Origin: an uncultured Pirellulaceae bacterium
Lineage (GTDB): Bacteria; Planctomycetota; Planctomycetia; Pirellulales; Pirellulaceae
DNA length: 64,000 nt
Reading direction: 5' to 3'
Assembly (NCBI GenBank): GCA_964460665.1
Contig: CAYWSL010000001.1
Span: 24,032-88,031 of the forward strand
Both the position numbers and the translations under genes were made by a program. Shown piece after piece: positions 38,501 to 50,500 of the stretch. The notes below the pieces were generated by a model that was not told where the DNA came from, ran no database searches, and saw only the letters and a program-made list of their open reading frames with translations. Positions within the stretch are counted from its first letter, which is position 1. Every line of letters begins with the position of its first letter.

Positions 38501-41500
38501 CATTGGTGCTCAAGACAAATGTCTCACCACCAACCGTGCTGTTGTCAATCACTTCGTAAGTGAACGAATCAAAAGTGCCGATCTCGTTATTGAAATCCTG
38601 TGGTGGTGTGTAGAAGAAGCCAACCAAGGTTCCGTTGACCGTTTCTCGCTCAATCGTTCCGCCAAGTGTTGTTGTCGATACATTGCCTGGCGAGCTAATC
38701 GTCAGTTGCTGGCTGCCACCTTCCTGACTGCTATCTAGTTCGTTGTCGGGTCCGACGGTAAAGACATCCAGCAGTCCAATTTGGCTGTAGCCGATCACGC
38801 TTGTGTCGCGTTGCAATGGGATGAAGTAGCGTTCCAGCAATCCCTGTGCCTGCGTATTGTCTTCACGCAAGGTGTAAGTGATTGGAGCCGCACTGCCGTC
38901 AGCCGCGACTACCACCGAATACGCCTCATCCGGGCTTAGGCTGTCACTGCTGGTTGCCAGTGGATCGAATCGCGGCGCGTCATTGACCGGGCGAACCTGA
39001 ACGGTAACCGTGGCATCCGTACTTGCTGATAAGAAGTTTGGATTGTTTGGATCAGCGTCCGTTCCACGGATGACATACACCGCCGTGCCGATTTGATCGG
39101 TAGCCGGGAAGAATGTTAGTCCGCCGTTTAGATCAATGATCGGATCTTGTGTCATCAATCCCGCTGGTACCGTCGAAAGTGACGGAACGATTTGGAATGA
39201 AACCGTTTGGTTGGCGACTTCGTCCAGGGCGCTAGCCATCGATGGCAGCACGTTCGTGATGACTCCGGGTACCGTGAAGCCGACGACGTCTTCCAAGATG
39301 TTAATCTCGATCGGAGTGTCGAATGTCGGCGGATCATTGGTCTCGTTCACCGTGATGGTAACGGTCGCTGGCAATAGCGATCGTTCAACTGGCAACGTCA
39401 CCGTCGCGTTGGAGCCGGGGATCGTGGTTTGGCCATTGTCTTCAATGGTGTACGTGAATAGATCATTAGGCTGAAACGGTGCCTGCTGGTTGTAGTCAAT
39501 CGGCGGCTCGTAGCTACCCGTGGTGAATGCGCCACCGGCAAAAGTAAAGGTCAGTAACCCACCTGCGGATGTAGTAAGAGTGTGAGTGCCGTTACCATCA
39601 ACAGCAACGTCGATCGTTCCCAAGCTCGTTTCAAACGCGACGACTCGCAGCGACTGTTCGACTTCGTTGAATGGGGCCGCAAGGGTTTCGGGGAAGTTGC
39701 CTGCTGTGTTGGGGTTTTCTTCTACAGCGACCGACACGGTATTCACGAATGAAACCAAACCGCCGGCTGCTGTTGCTGCGTAGCTATTCGATCGCAGTTC
39801 AGCCTCCAAGCGGCTGGCGATTGTCGTGCTACTATCAAGCGGATTGAACAGCACTGTGAAGTCGGCATCGGCAGAGAAGACGCCGTCTGTCGTGAACTCA
39901 GCAATCGCGGTCAAGCCACCGTCAAACGTGATCGTGATTCTTTCGCCGTCGATTAATGATGCTCCCGCAGGAAGCAAAATGGAATCGTTGGAGACAACCA
40001 CTGATGTCAGCGGCTCAGTCGCAATCGCGTCATCGACCGCGACGAACGCAACGTCAGCACCAGTCGCAATCACTCCAAAGCCCTGGGAACGCAATGTTGC
40101 CTGCAGGCTTGCCGCAACGGCATCAGCCGTATCGGTAGCCGTGACGACGACCACAAAGTCGGTACCAGCCGATGGAGTCCCTGTCGTATTGAATTCGACT
40201 ACTCGAATGGTACCTGCACCATCGTCAATGGTAATCGTTTCACCGTTGACCACGCTGCCACCTTCTGGAAGCGTGATGACGTTTCCATCTCGCGCGATCT
40301 GAGATGTAGGATCGTTGATCGCGACAGCTTGGATATTGACGAAGCGAGCAATCCAGTCGCCGCCTGCGCCAGCCAGTATTGCTGACCCAAAGCCATTGTT
40401 CGCCAAAGCGGTTTGCAATGCGCCCGCAATGTTCTCGGCAGTATCCGTGCGATTGAACGGAACCAATACATCCGCTCCGCTCATGGACAGTCCCGTTGCC
40501 GAAAATTCAAACGTTACCGTTCGTCCATCCGTATCGGTTACCGTCAACACTTCGCCGCCAGTAAGGGACTGGCCATCCAAAACGCTAACGCTAGTTGCAG
40601 TAGCCGTAACGCCAGAGTTGTAAGTGTCAGTGGCAATCGAATCGACTTCGATAAACGAAATCGTGTCGTTCAGGACGCTCCCACCCAATCCGGCTCCGCG
40701 AAGTACGGCAGCCAAATTCCCGGCGATCACATCGGCTGTGTCTGTCAACGTGTAGCTAACGAAAACGTCCGTTCCGACGGATGCGGATCCACTTGTTGTT
40801 AACTCAACCACTCGGCTGACGCCATCACTACCGACAATCGAGAACGTTTCGCCATCAATCAGATCGATTCCGTCAGGGATCGTCACGCTGGTACCAGTGA
40901 TCGTGATCGGCGAATTGGCGTTCAGTCCACCGCCATTGATAAGGTCCAGTGATGTAAAGCTAAGGACAGCCGGTCCAGCTGGTTCAATCGCTTCGTCAAT
41001 CGATAGCGATCGGTCAAAGGCAAATGGGTTGTCGTTGATTGGTTCCAAGAAGATCGTGGCGGTGACTTCGCTGATCAATGGATTCGCTGTCCGCGTCCCA
41101 TCAGCCGCTTCATCAACTCCCTGGTCGACAACTTGGTAGACGAATTCAACGTCACCAAAAATATCATCAGCAGGGATGAAGTTAACATCGCCAGCAACCA
41201 AAGAGATTTGTCCCGTTGCCGGGTCCACTAGCGAAACGTCAACAATGCTGACTGCGCCGTCGTTACTGCGGACGAAGGTGACTTCATCAGCGGCAGTGGA
41301 CGGACCACTGAAGTCGTTCGCAAGCAAGAAGGCCGTGGGGATCACGAGCGCCGTGTCCTCCGTCGGCACCGGAGCCACAGCGTTGATCGATGCGTAAAAC
41401 GCAAGGTAGTCCGTATCGTTTTGATTGATGGTCTCGCCGGTCAGGTCAGGCGGATCGTTTGTTGGTGTCACCGTCACCGTCGCGGTAGCCGTTACTTGTC

Positions 41501-44500
41501 GGGCTACACCGCTGATGACTGAACCATCGTCAAGGAAAAGTTCGCCGTCGTCGGTAAGCGTGAATTCAAACTCATCCGTTCTTAAGCTGCCATCGGCGAG
41601 CGGAAGATTGTCGCTGTTGAAGTCCACCGCGGGCGTGTACAGCACAGTCGTGATGAAACCTTGAGCGTCAAACAGCGCGCTGATCGTGGCGCCTTCATCA
41701 GTAGTCGCCGTGGCGTTCGCGCTGCTAACGATAACCCCGCCTGAACTGATGGATTCCACGTGTAGAATCTGGTCCGATTCGTCTTGCGGTGGCGTCGTGA
41801 TTGCTGGCGATGCATGTCCTGTAGCACCAGCTAGTAATTCGGCAGCCGAAATCGCCAGCGTTGTATCCTCAACACCAATGAAGCTCTGGTTTTGTGCTCC
41901 AGGGATATCGTTGATTGGCTGGACATCAATCGTGACGGTCGCGAAAGTCGAAGTCGTCGGCGATCCAGGGCCTGAATTCTGCTGCGTGCTCAATCGATAC
42001 GTGAAGGTATCAATTCCAAAGAAGTCTTCGTTGGGTTCGTAGGTGAACTCGCCTGTCAATTCATCCAGAACGGTCAACGTTCCGTTTTGAGGCTGATCAC
42101 CAACGAAATAGCGAACAGGAAGGATCTGAGTGGCTAGGTCTTGGTCGTTGGACAACAAGTTGCGCTGGGGACTTAGTGCATCGACTACCAATGTCGTGTC
42201 TTCGATCGCTGTGTACTGATCATTGACAGGTACTGGCAAGGCAATTGGCAGAACAGAAATTTCAAAGTCTTCGACCTCTCCGCCGACGCTAACGCCGGTA
42301 GGCGTCAAGTTGCCTGATTCGCTGATGCGAACTCGCATCCATGTATCACCTTGGGTAGCATTGCTTGGAGCAAAGAAGTTGACGATGTTCTCTCCGTTAA
42401 CAACAGCTACGTTAGAGATCACCTGCTCGTCAGCTTCAAAGAAACCGTTGCGGTCAAAGTCAACCCAGGCGTCTAGTAAACCAGCCCCAACCACGTTGAC
42501 GATCGTGGAAGTTCCAGCCGGATCAAGTGGGTTCAAGAACCCGATGACGTCATCTCCTGACACGTTGTTCGGTGGAGTCCCCGGTGTCGTAAAGACGTGG
42601 AATGGGATTCCAGCGTTGTTGACAAAGATCCCGGTCGAAATACCGTCTTCGTCATCGATCGCTTCCAATATGATCGCTCCGTCAACCGTGTCGACCGTCA
42701 TGATGATGGACTCATCAATCCCGTCGATCTCTGCTCGAATGGCTTGCGAAAGGTTGCGAGCGATGTTTCCTGCGGTGTCGCCAGCGACGAAATTGACCGG
42801 AACGTTTCCTTGAGCCGGGTTGGATGTCGACAACGTCAACTCAAACGTCGCCGTAACGTCCCCCGCTTGAATCGTCAGCGTTTCACCACCGAGTGGTTGG
42901 ATGTTTGCGATGTTGATGCTACGTGTGCTGGCGTTTGGTGCAACGACCGTGAAGACCAGCCCAGTCTCGGTTGCGTTCAAGACGAGAGGTGTATCATCAC
43001 CGTTGGGAGTAGACGCCCCGTCAGTCTCCGTATCCAAGAAGTTGCCCAATCGCGGCACCCGGTCGCTGGACACTGTGTGTCGTGCACCATTGTCCGCGTC
43101 CAGCGTTCCGAAAGAAGCCGGAGCGTCACCGTAGTCGAAAACGACATCTGGCATGATGATCGTAAAGCGAGTTTCGTCAGTGATGCGAGTTTCGCGAACT
43201 GGGTTGCCGGCCAAGTCGGAAACAGCAGGCAACAGAGTCCCGATGCTCGATGGCACACTGCCGCCAAACGTTGCCTGAATAAGCTGCGTGTCGGAGATCA
43301 GAAGCGTGCCTGCTCCGGGGCTGGTCACAGTCACACCCGCTGCGGAATTTCTGATGGCGGCTTGCAGGGCAGCTGCTGTTGAGGCGGAAGTGAACTGGGT
43401 CGTTGGTATGAATGGAACGACAACTGCATCTGTCGTGACACCGGGCGAACCCAGCAAAGTCATGCCCGACTGGTCCAATGTCAAAACGTCTCCTACAACA
43501 CCACCTACCAAGACGGTTCCATTTCCAACCGCCTGCGCCGTGCCCAAGCCAAGGCCGTGAACGTCCAAAGCAATTTCCGCGGCAATTGCCTGCGCGATTT
43601 CATCCGGTGTGTCCGTGTTCGAAATCGCGATTGGAACGAAGCTTGGATCGCTTACCAGAGCGTCTTCGGTTAACTGAAATGTCACCGACTGAGTGCCACT
43701 GGTGTAGGTGAACGTGTCTCCATCTGCCAAACCTTGATCGACCCCTGTTACGTCGGCAGAGGCAATCGTGCTGGTGATGGTGTGTCCGGTTACCGTACCG
43801 AGCTGAAGTTGGCTTGCACCAATCGATCTAGGTGTCAGCCCTAGGACTTCAGCGGTTGTCATCGTCGGATCAAGCGGGTCCGCCGAATTCAGCAAATTCA
43901 AGAATGCGTCACGAACTTGTACAACCGTTCCGGCGTCTCGTGCATCAAATATGATATTGGACGACCCTGCCGTGATGAAGTTATCAAGGTCCACTTCGAT
44001 CGTGCGAGTGATGCCTGATGGCGACGTGATCGTCAATGTTTCTTCGTCCGTCAAATCCGCATTCGTTCCACTGAATGTCAAAAGCGTTGATTGAGGGACC
44101 TGCAAGCTGAATCCACTGTCGAATTCAAAGACCGTTGCCGTGCCGTCTTCTTCGATCGTGGTGACTTGGTCACCATCCAAGATTTGATCACCAGCCGGCA
44201 GTGTCACTTCGATACGCGGCCTGTTATTTATCGTGATCTCATAAACCGAATCCGATCGCCACAAACCGGTCAAGGGTGTCAAGCGAATGGTTCGGCTATT
44301 TGAACTGTAGCCAAAGATGTAATCTTCATCTGGAGTTAGCTGACGTCCGTTTTCGGTAAGGATCACGTTGCTGGAGTTGATCGTCAGTGGGTCCAAACCG
44401 GTGCCGGCGGTGTCAGTCAACTGAACATCAAAGAACTCAACGATGCCTTCAGCCAATCGCACAAACGACTGGTCGACATCCTGGTCGCCGCCAGCAACAG

Positions 44501-47500
44501 CAAGGCCAACTGCATCTTGTGGCCCAACCAAAACCGCAACTGGCCGTTCAGTATCCGCACGGTCAATCGCACCGCGGTCAATGAAGACGTTGATACCGAC
44601 ACCACCCGGAGTTGCAACCAATGGATCATCCACGCGAGCTTGACCGTAAACGTCAAACCCAGGGGCGATAATCGGTGATGGAGAAATGCCAACCGGTTCT
44701 TTGACCGTTTGCAAGAAGTCTGCGCGATCGGGCAGTGATGCAAACGAGCTGTCGATCACATTGGATCCCGTCGCTGGGATGTAGATTCGTCTCGCCGGAT
44801 CCTCGAACAACTCCACTTCTTGTGGGACGACGATCGCCGATGTTGAGATCGGAATCGTCGCGTTTGTTGTGTTGTTTTGGTAAGCATTGTTACCAATGAT
44901 CACATCGCCGAATTGGTCAGCGGTCGTCACGATCCCTTCATCGAAGAACGCAACCACGTTGTTCAAAATCGTTGGACTGGCCGATCCAGCGACACGAATT
45001 CCGTCACCAACGCCTTGGCCGACGACCGTGTTGTTGACGATTCGACCAAACAAGGAACTGGTCGCGACACTGCCATTCGCATTCGTATCGCCCTGCAACA
45101 AGATGGCAGCATCGCCGGATGCGACCACCACGTTGTTGCTAATCACAACACCAGGAATTAGGGAATCCGTATTCTGGTTGCGCAGAAGCGCCGCCGAACC
45201 CGGAGTAGGCAGGTCCCCAGGCACAGCAATTGCATTTGTGCCCGGTATGCCAACTAGCCGCACGTCACGATCGGCGTTCGTTGCACGAATTCCGACCTGA
45301 GCTGAATCACTAACGAAGTTGCTGGAGATGATGATCTGCCCTTGAGGACTGACTCGATTGGTATCACTGATGCCGAACTGATAGTCAACCATCAAGACAT
45401 CACGATCCGGCACAGCAGCCGATGTCGCTGCGTTCGGTCGCACCGTCAACTGGTACTCGCCAAAATCAGTGATTAGTTGATCGGGAAGGAATAATGCCGT
45501 GCTGCTGACGACGATGTCGTAGTATGCCGATGTGGGAGCTTGGAACTGCAGGAAGGCACCGGCTTGTGATTCGCCAGGAGCAGATGTCGGTGCGAGCAGC
45601 GATGTCTGCGCTAAGATTTCAGTCTGTGGCAGATCGACGAATTGTCCCGAAATGGTTGTGGCACCAAATCTTCCTTGTTCCAAAACCGTGATGACGGGCA
45701 AGTCCAGGACTTCGCCTGCCTTCGTGAACCCTAATGTATCGACATCAATATCGATGTTGTCACCGGCTTCCAAGTAGACGCGAATGGAATCCCAGTCTAG
45801 TGACGGATCAGAGGCCACAATGACAGCACCGTCTTGCAGGTTGCCGACTTCTAAGCCAGTTGCCACGTTGTCGCCGATCCTACCAACAGCAACCAACGTA
45901 TCGGCCCCACCATCCACGAACTGCGTCACGGCGGACCGAGGCAGTTCATCGCGGTTGATGGCACTGGTAACCGTTTGCGTCGTGTGATCAACAACAGGGA
46001 TTTGCCTGGAACTCTCGCGACCTTGGAAATTCTCTTCGTCGACCAAGTCGACCTTCAGGAAACGACCGCCAGAGTGGTTCACCGCGATGTTCTCGCCAAA
46101 CAGTTCGACGCGATTACCCGTTGGAACGCCAGATTCAAGGCTGTCGCTGGTCGCAGCAGTGATATTGAGAACGCTTTGGACTTGTGCCGAATTGATGGCA
46201 TCACGCACGGCACGTGCCACGAACGCAGAGTCCGAATTCGCATTATTGAACGCAACACGCACGTTGCCTGGCGTGACGGTACCATCGGTGGTACTGTCGA
46301 ACTCGAACGTCAGCAAGCGGTCGCCGTCATCCAGCGTAAACGTGTCTCCGTCGATCAACGACGATGGCGGAGGCACGATCAGGGTAACGGCACCATCGAC
46401 TAAGCGATCGTTTGTATCAAACGAACGCCCCAGTCCTAGCTGCTCAGACAGTTGCAGGTTGATTGGGTTATAGTCTTCTTCGACACCATATTCATCACTG
46501 GTGCGGATTTCTAGCGAGTACCCACCCACTAAAATCTCGTTCTGGCGTTCTGGCTGAACCGCTTGCGGGTGAGTGTCGGGCAACGTCTCAGGGTTGAACA
46601 CGAACGACGTGTCATTGAACGGAGCATTCAGGACCAGTTCACCACGTTCGGCAAAACCGACGATGATGTCATCGATGAACACGCCTTGAACTTCGTTGTC
46701 CAACGCACCGTTGCGGCGAACGCCACCTCCTCCATAAAAACTAGCTTGGTCTTCGCCAAACTCGTCACCTGGAACTGGAGTGGTTGTGAACCCGCCGCCA
46801 GAGAAAATTTCGAAGCCGGATACTCCGAAAGCACCGGCATCTTGTGGAGTGACATTGAACAACTTAATTCGGTCACCTCCATACACCTTGTAGTTGTCGC
46901 TCGTTGCGGTGGTGACACCATCGATGGTCGCAAACCGACCAAACCCGTCGGCAAATCCAGCCTGCAGTCGCTCCGCCACTTCGACGGTTGTCATGGTGGA
47001 CGTTACCAGAATTGGTGACGAATTGAGCGACGACTGATAGCTGATCACATGCGATCCTGGAGTTGTCTGCACCGAACTTGCATTCAGCAGATAGATCTCG
47101 CGTGTTCCAACCAAATACGGCTGCAATTCAATCGGAAGTTGGGCAAAGATATCGGCAGCAACCACATCAGCCGGTGCAAGCGGATCAAAAGTCAATTCGC
47201 TTGGGGCACCAGTCTGTAGGTTCACGTCAACCAAGGTGAAGGTTTGCGCATTGGCTCCAGTCAGGTCATCCTGGGTCGTCACTGTCAACGTTTCACCCGA
47301 AGTGATCTCCGAGCCATTCGGAATGGTTACAGGGATCGCGTATGTGACGACGTCTTCCACGCCAACCAACGTTGCAACGGGGCTGACTCCCAACGTCGCA
47401 AACGTTGAATTGAATTCATCGAAGATGTTGATGCCAGCACCAGTCGGATCGATATAGACCTGATGGTTGACGGACAAGCCGTCGACGATTTGTGCATACA

Positions 47501-50500
47501 GATCCTCAGCCAAGTCGGTTGGATCGTAAAAGACTTGAATCGTCCCAGCATCCGGGACAGTCGATCCGCGAAGGATGAACGTGATTGTATCGGTCGGGAA
47601 GAACCCAAAGTTGCTGATGTCAATCTGCTCACCATTTCGCAGTTCGGTTGCATCAGGAATGTCGAGGTTCACCACGTTCTCGGTAAACACACCTGGAACA
47701 ACCTGGATATCGCTAGCACCCAGTTGATGCACAACCGTATCGGCGACAAAGAAAACGGTGTTGCCTGAAAGTGTTGGGTTCCAAGCTGTCTCCGTTGCAG
47801 CCAGCAATCTGGTTGCGACCTGACCGGCCGAATCCGTTGCTTGAAATGCAACTTGGTTAGGGCCGACAGGTCCTGCTGTGTCTACAAACTGGATGGTCGT
47901 AACCACACCGCCAACGGTTACATCAATCGACTCGCCGTCGATCAGATCTGCCCCTGCCGGTGGCGTGATTGACTGCCCATTGGTGAACGCACTACTGATT
48001 TGCGAAGTCGGCTCGGATGCAGCAACAGCTGTGGCACCATAGACGATCAAGCCCCCCGCACTGTTGACGGTTGGGAACGCAAGCGCGGCGGCAACGCGAG
48101 CACGAATGACCGCTGCGCTATCGGTAGTCAGATAGCTAATCGTTCCAGGAGGCCCCGGAACCGCACTTGGAAAGAACTGCAAGTCGGTGAAGCCACTGGC
48201 CGAATTCAACCGTATGGATTCTCCCGGAATCAAATTCGCTCCCGAGGGGAACGAAATCGTTTGCGATGGTACCTGGGCCAAGACCAATTCAGTACCTGCG
48301 ACATCGGTGATTGCACCGGACGCGACGACCAAAATGTCATTGCCCTGTCGGATCGACAGAAGCTCATCTGGCAAAGCCGCTAACAATCGCGTGGCAATCG
48401 TCGCAACAGTGTCTCCTGCCTGGAAGCTGACGGCACCTGGTCCGCTAGGATTGGCGGTATCAGTAAACGTGACAACCGTTGTTCCAGCCGGTGATGTCAG
48501 CGTCAGCGTTTCACCATCAATCAGATCGTCACCGCTGGCAGGCGTAATACGGATCCGGCTCTCGTTCACTGTCCTGGCATTGTCAATCACAATTTGTGAA
48601 GTGGATGCAGTGGTAAATGCCGTGACAGGATTCAGGAAATTGATGACGCCGTTGCCGTCAAAGATCGCACCAAAATCGCTTGGTAGAAGCGAAACGACCC
48701 GGCGAGCAATGTCATCAGCCGTATCTGCATTGGCAAAAACGACTTCCCCAGGTGCCCCCGTTGGGAAATTGACATACGTCAATTGGATAACCGAAGTCTC
48801 ACCAAACAGAGTGAACGATTCGCCAGCGGTCAGATCACTGCCATCGGGGATCACTAGCTGAGTCGCGCCGGGACTGCCCGGATCAAAGAAAGGAGGCTCA
48901 TTTAGGAACGAGGGTGGGGTTTCCGATACATCGATCTGTACGGGATTCGACTGTCCAACTGGAATGTCACCAATCAAACCGATGTCGGTTGCAGCCAAGA
49001 AGCTTAGACTTCCATCGCCATTGTTTGCCGGGTTTAACGAACCCGGAATGATCCTCAGCACTTCTTCGGCAACGTCATTCGCTGACATAAACGCATTAAT
49101 CTGAACATCCCCTAACTGCGAAGGGGGACCAGTCACAAAACGAATCGTGAATGGACCATCGGGGCCAGTGACTGTGAACTGGTCGTTGTTGTCCAAGTCG
49201 ACACCGCCTGGGAACACAACGTCACGTCCAACAATGGTCTCCAATACAATCTGATTGAGATTGTTGTCGGTAAAGAAAAGTTGCTCTCGGTCGATGACTT
49301 CATCACCAGGAACCGCTACGAAATCGACCGAACCGAACTGGGTTCGCATTGAACCGGCTGTTGAGAAATCGAATCGAATACGAACGTTTTCGCTTCCCGC
49401 GAGCGGCCCCAGGTCCACACGTGACTGACGCCACTCTTGCGTGTCGTCGAACAGTTCTTGGACAGGGATGTTCGTGTCGTTGAAGTAATCGAATTCATCA
49501 TCCGCGACCAATTCGCGGAAGTTGTTGTTCGTCGCCAGCAATTGCCATTCGCCGTCATCGCCTGAACCGAACACTCGGAAGCTATCGTTCTGATTGCGAA
49601 CAAAGTTAGAGTCGTCGTTTTCTTCAACTTCCAAGAAGTAGGTGAAGTACAGCGTCGGCTGGTCCGCAGGGCTGTAGCCTTCCAGGCTGAAAGCGCGTGA
49701 AATGATAGAACCGTGGCTACCACCTGGCGCGATATCTCCATTTGCGTCATCTGGCGATCCGATGGTGTTGTCGTCTGGGTCGTTTGCGGTGACGCCAAAA
49801 TACAGGCTTTGCCCACCAAAAGTTCCGGTTCGACTTCGGTCTTCCGGAACGTCTAGCCCGTGTCCGGGTTCGAGTCCGCGGCTACCTGTTTGTTGGAACA
49901 GGCTTTCCTCTAAATGGCTAAAGGCAATTCCGGTCGGAGATGTGAACAACGGCAATCCTGCGAAACCATCGTTGAACGTAATCGGAATTGCAGCACGGCC
50001 GTTGTAGAAGACATTGGCGGGCTCAACTTCGCCCGCCTCGTTGATTTCCAACGCGTACAACCAGCCGTCCTCGGTCGAGGCAAAAATCGTTTGTCGATAG
50101 AGACCGTTTTCGATTACTCGTGGTCCCATCGCCATTCCAGTGAACACTGGCGAGGTTGCGAAACCAAACGTTGACGCTGCGTGTATTGGATCCAAAGGCA
50201 CGACACCATGGAACGTTGTCGGAATCACTGAGTCGTATCCGAACGCCGGGCTGGTGTTCGGCGCTGGGACGGTCACACCCGGTATAAACGAGTGCACACC
50301 ACCATTGTCAGTGACTGCAAAGAACGTATCGAAAACCGAAGATCCGTCGGCCTCGATTCCGATTCCGGTAATGGTACCTTCATCGCCACCGGTATTGAAA
50401 ATCGCACCCGTGTCGATGATTCCCCACTCGAGGTCAGCCGAAGCGGGCCCTTGGTTGGGGAAGTAGGGAACGTTCCCTGTAAATTGACGGTGTGCATTCG

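Noticed and set aside
39712-49330. CRISPR array, DGR or recent gene-conversion tracts behind the repeats
   Set aside because: The repeats are protein-level and diverged at the nucleotide level; no identical DNA repeats, reverse transcriptase or cas genes were seen.
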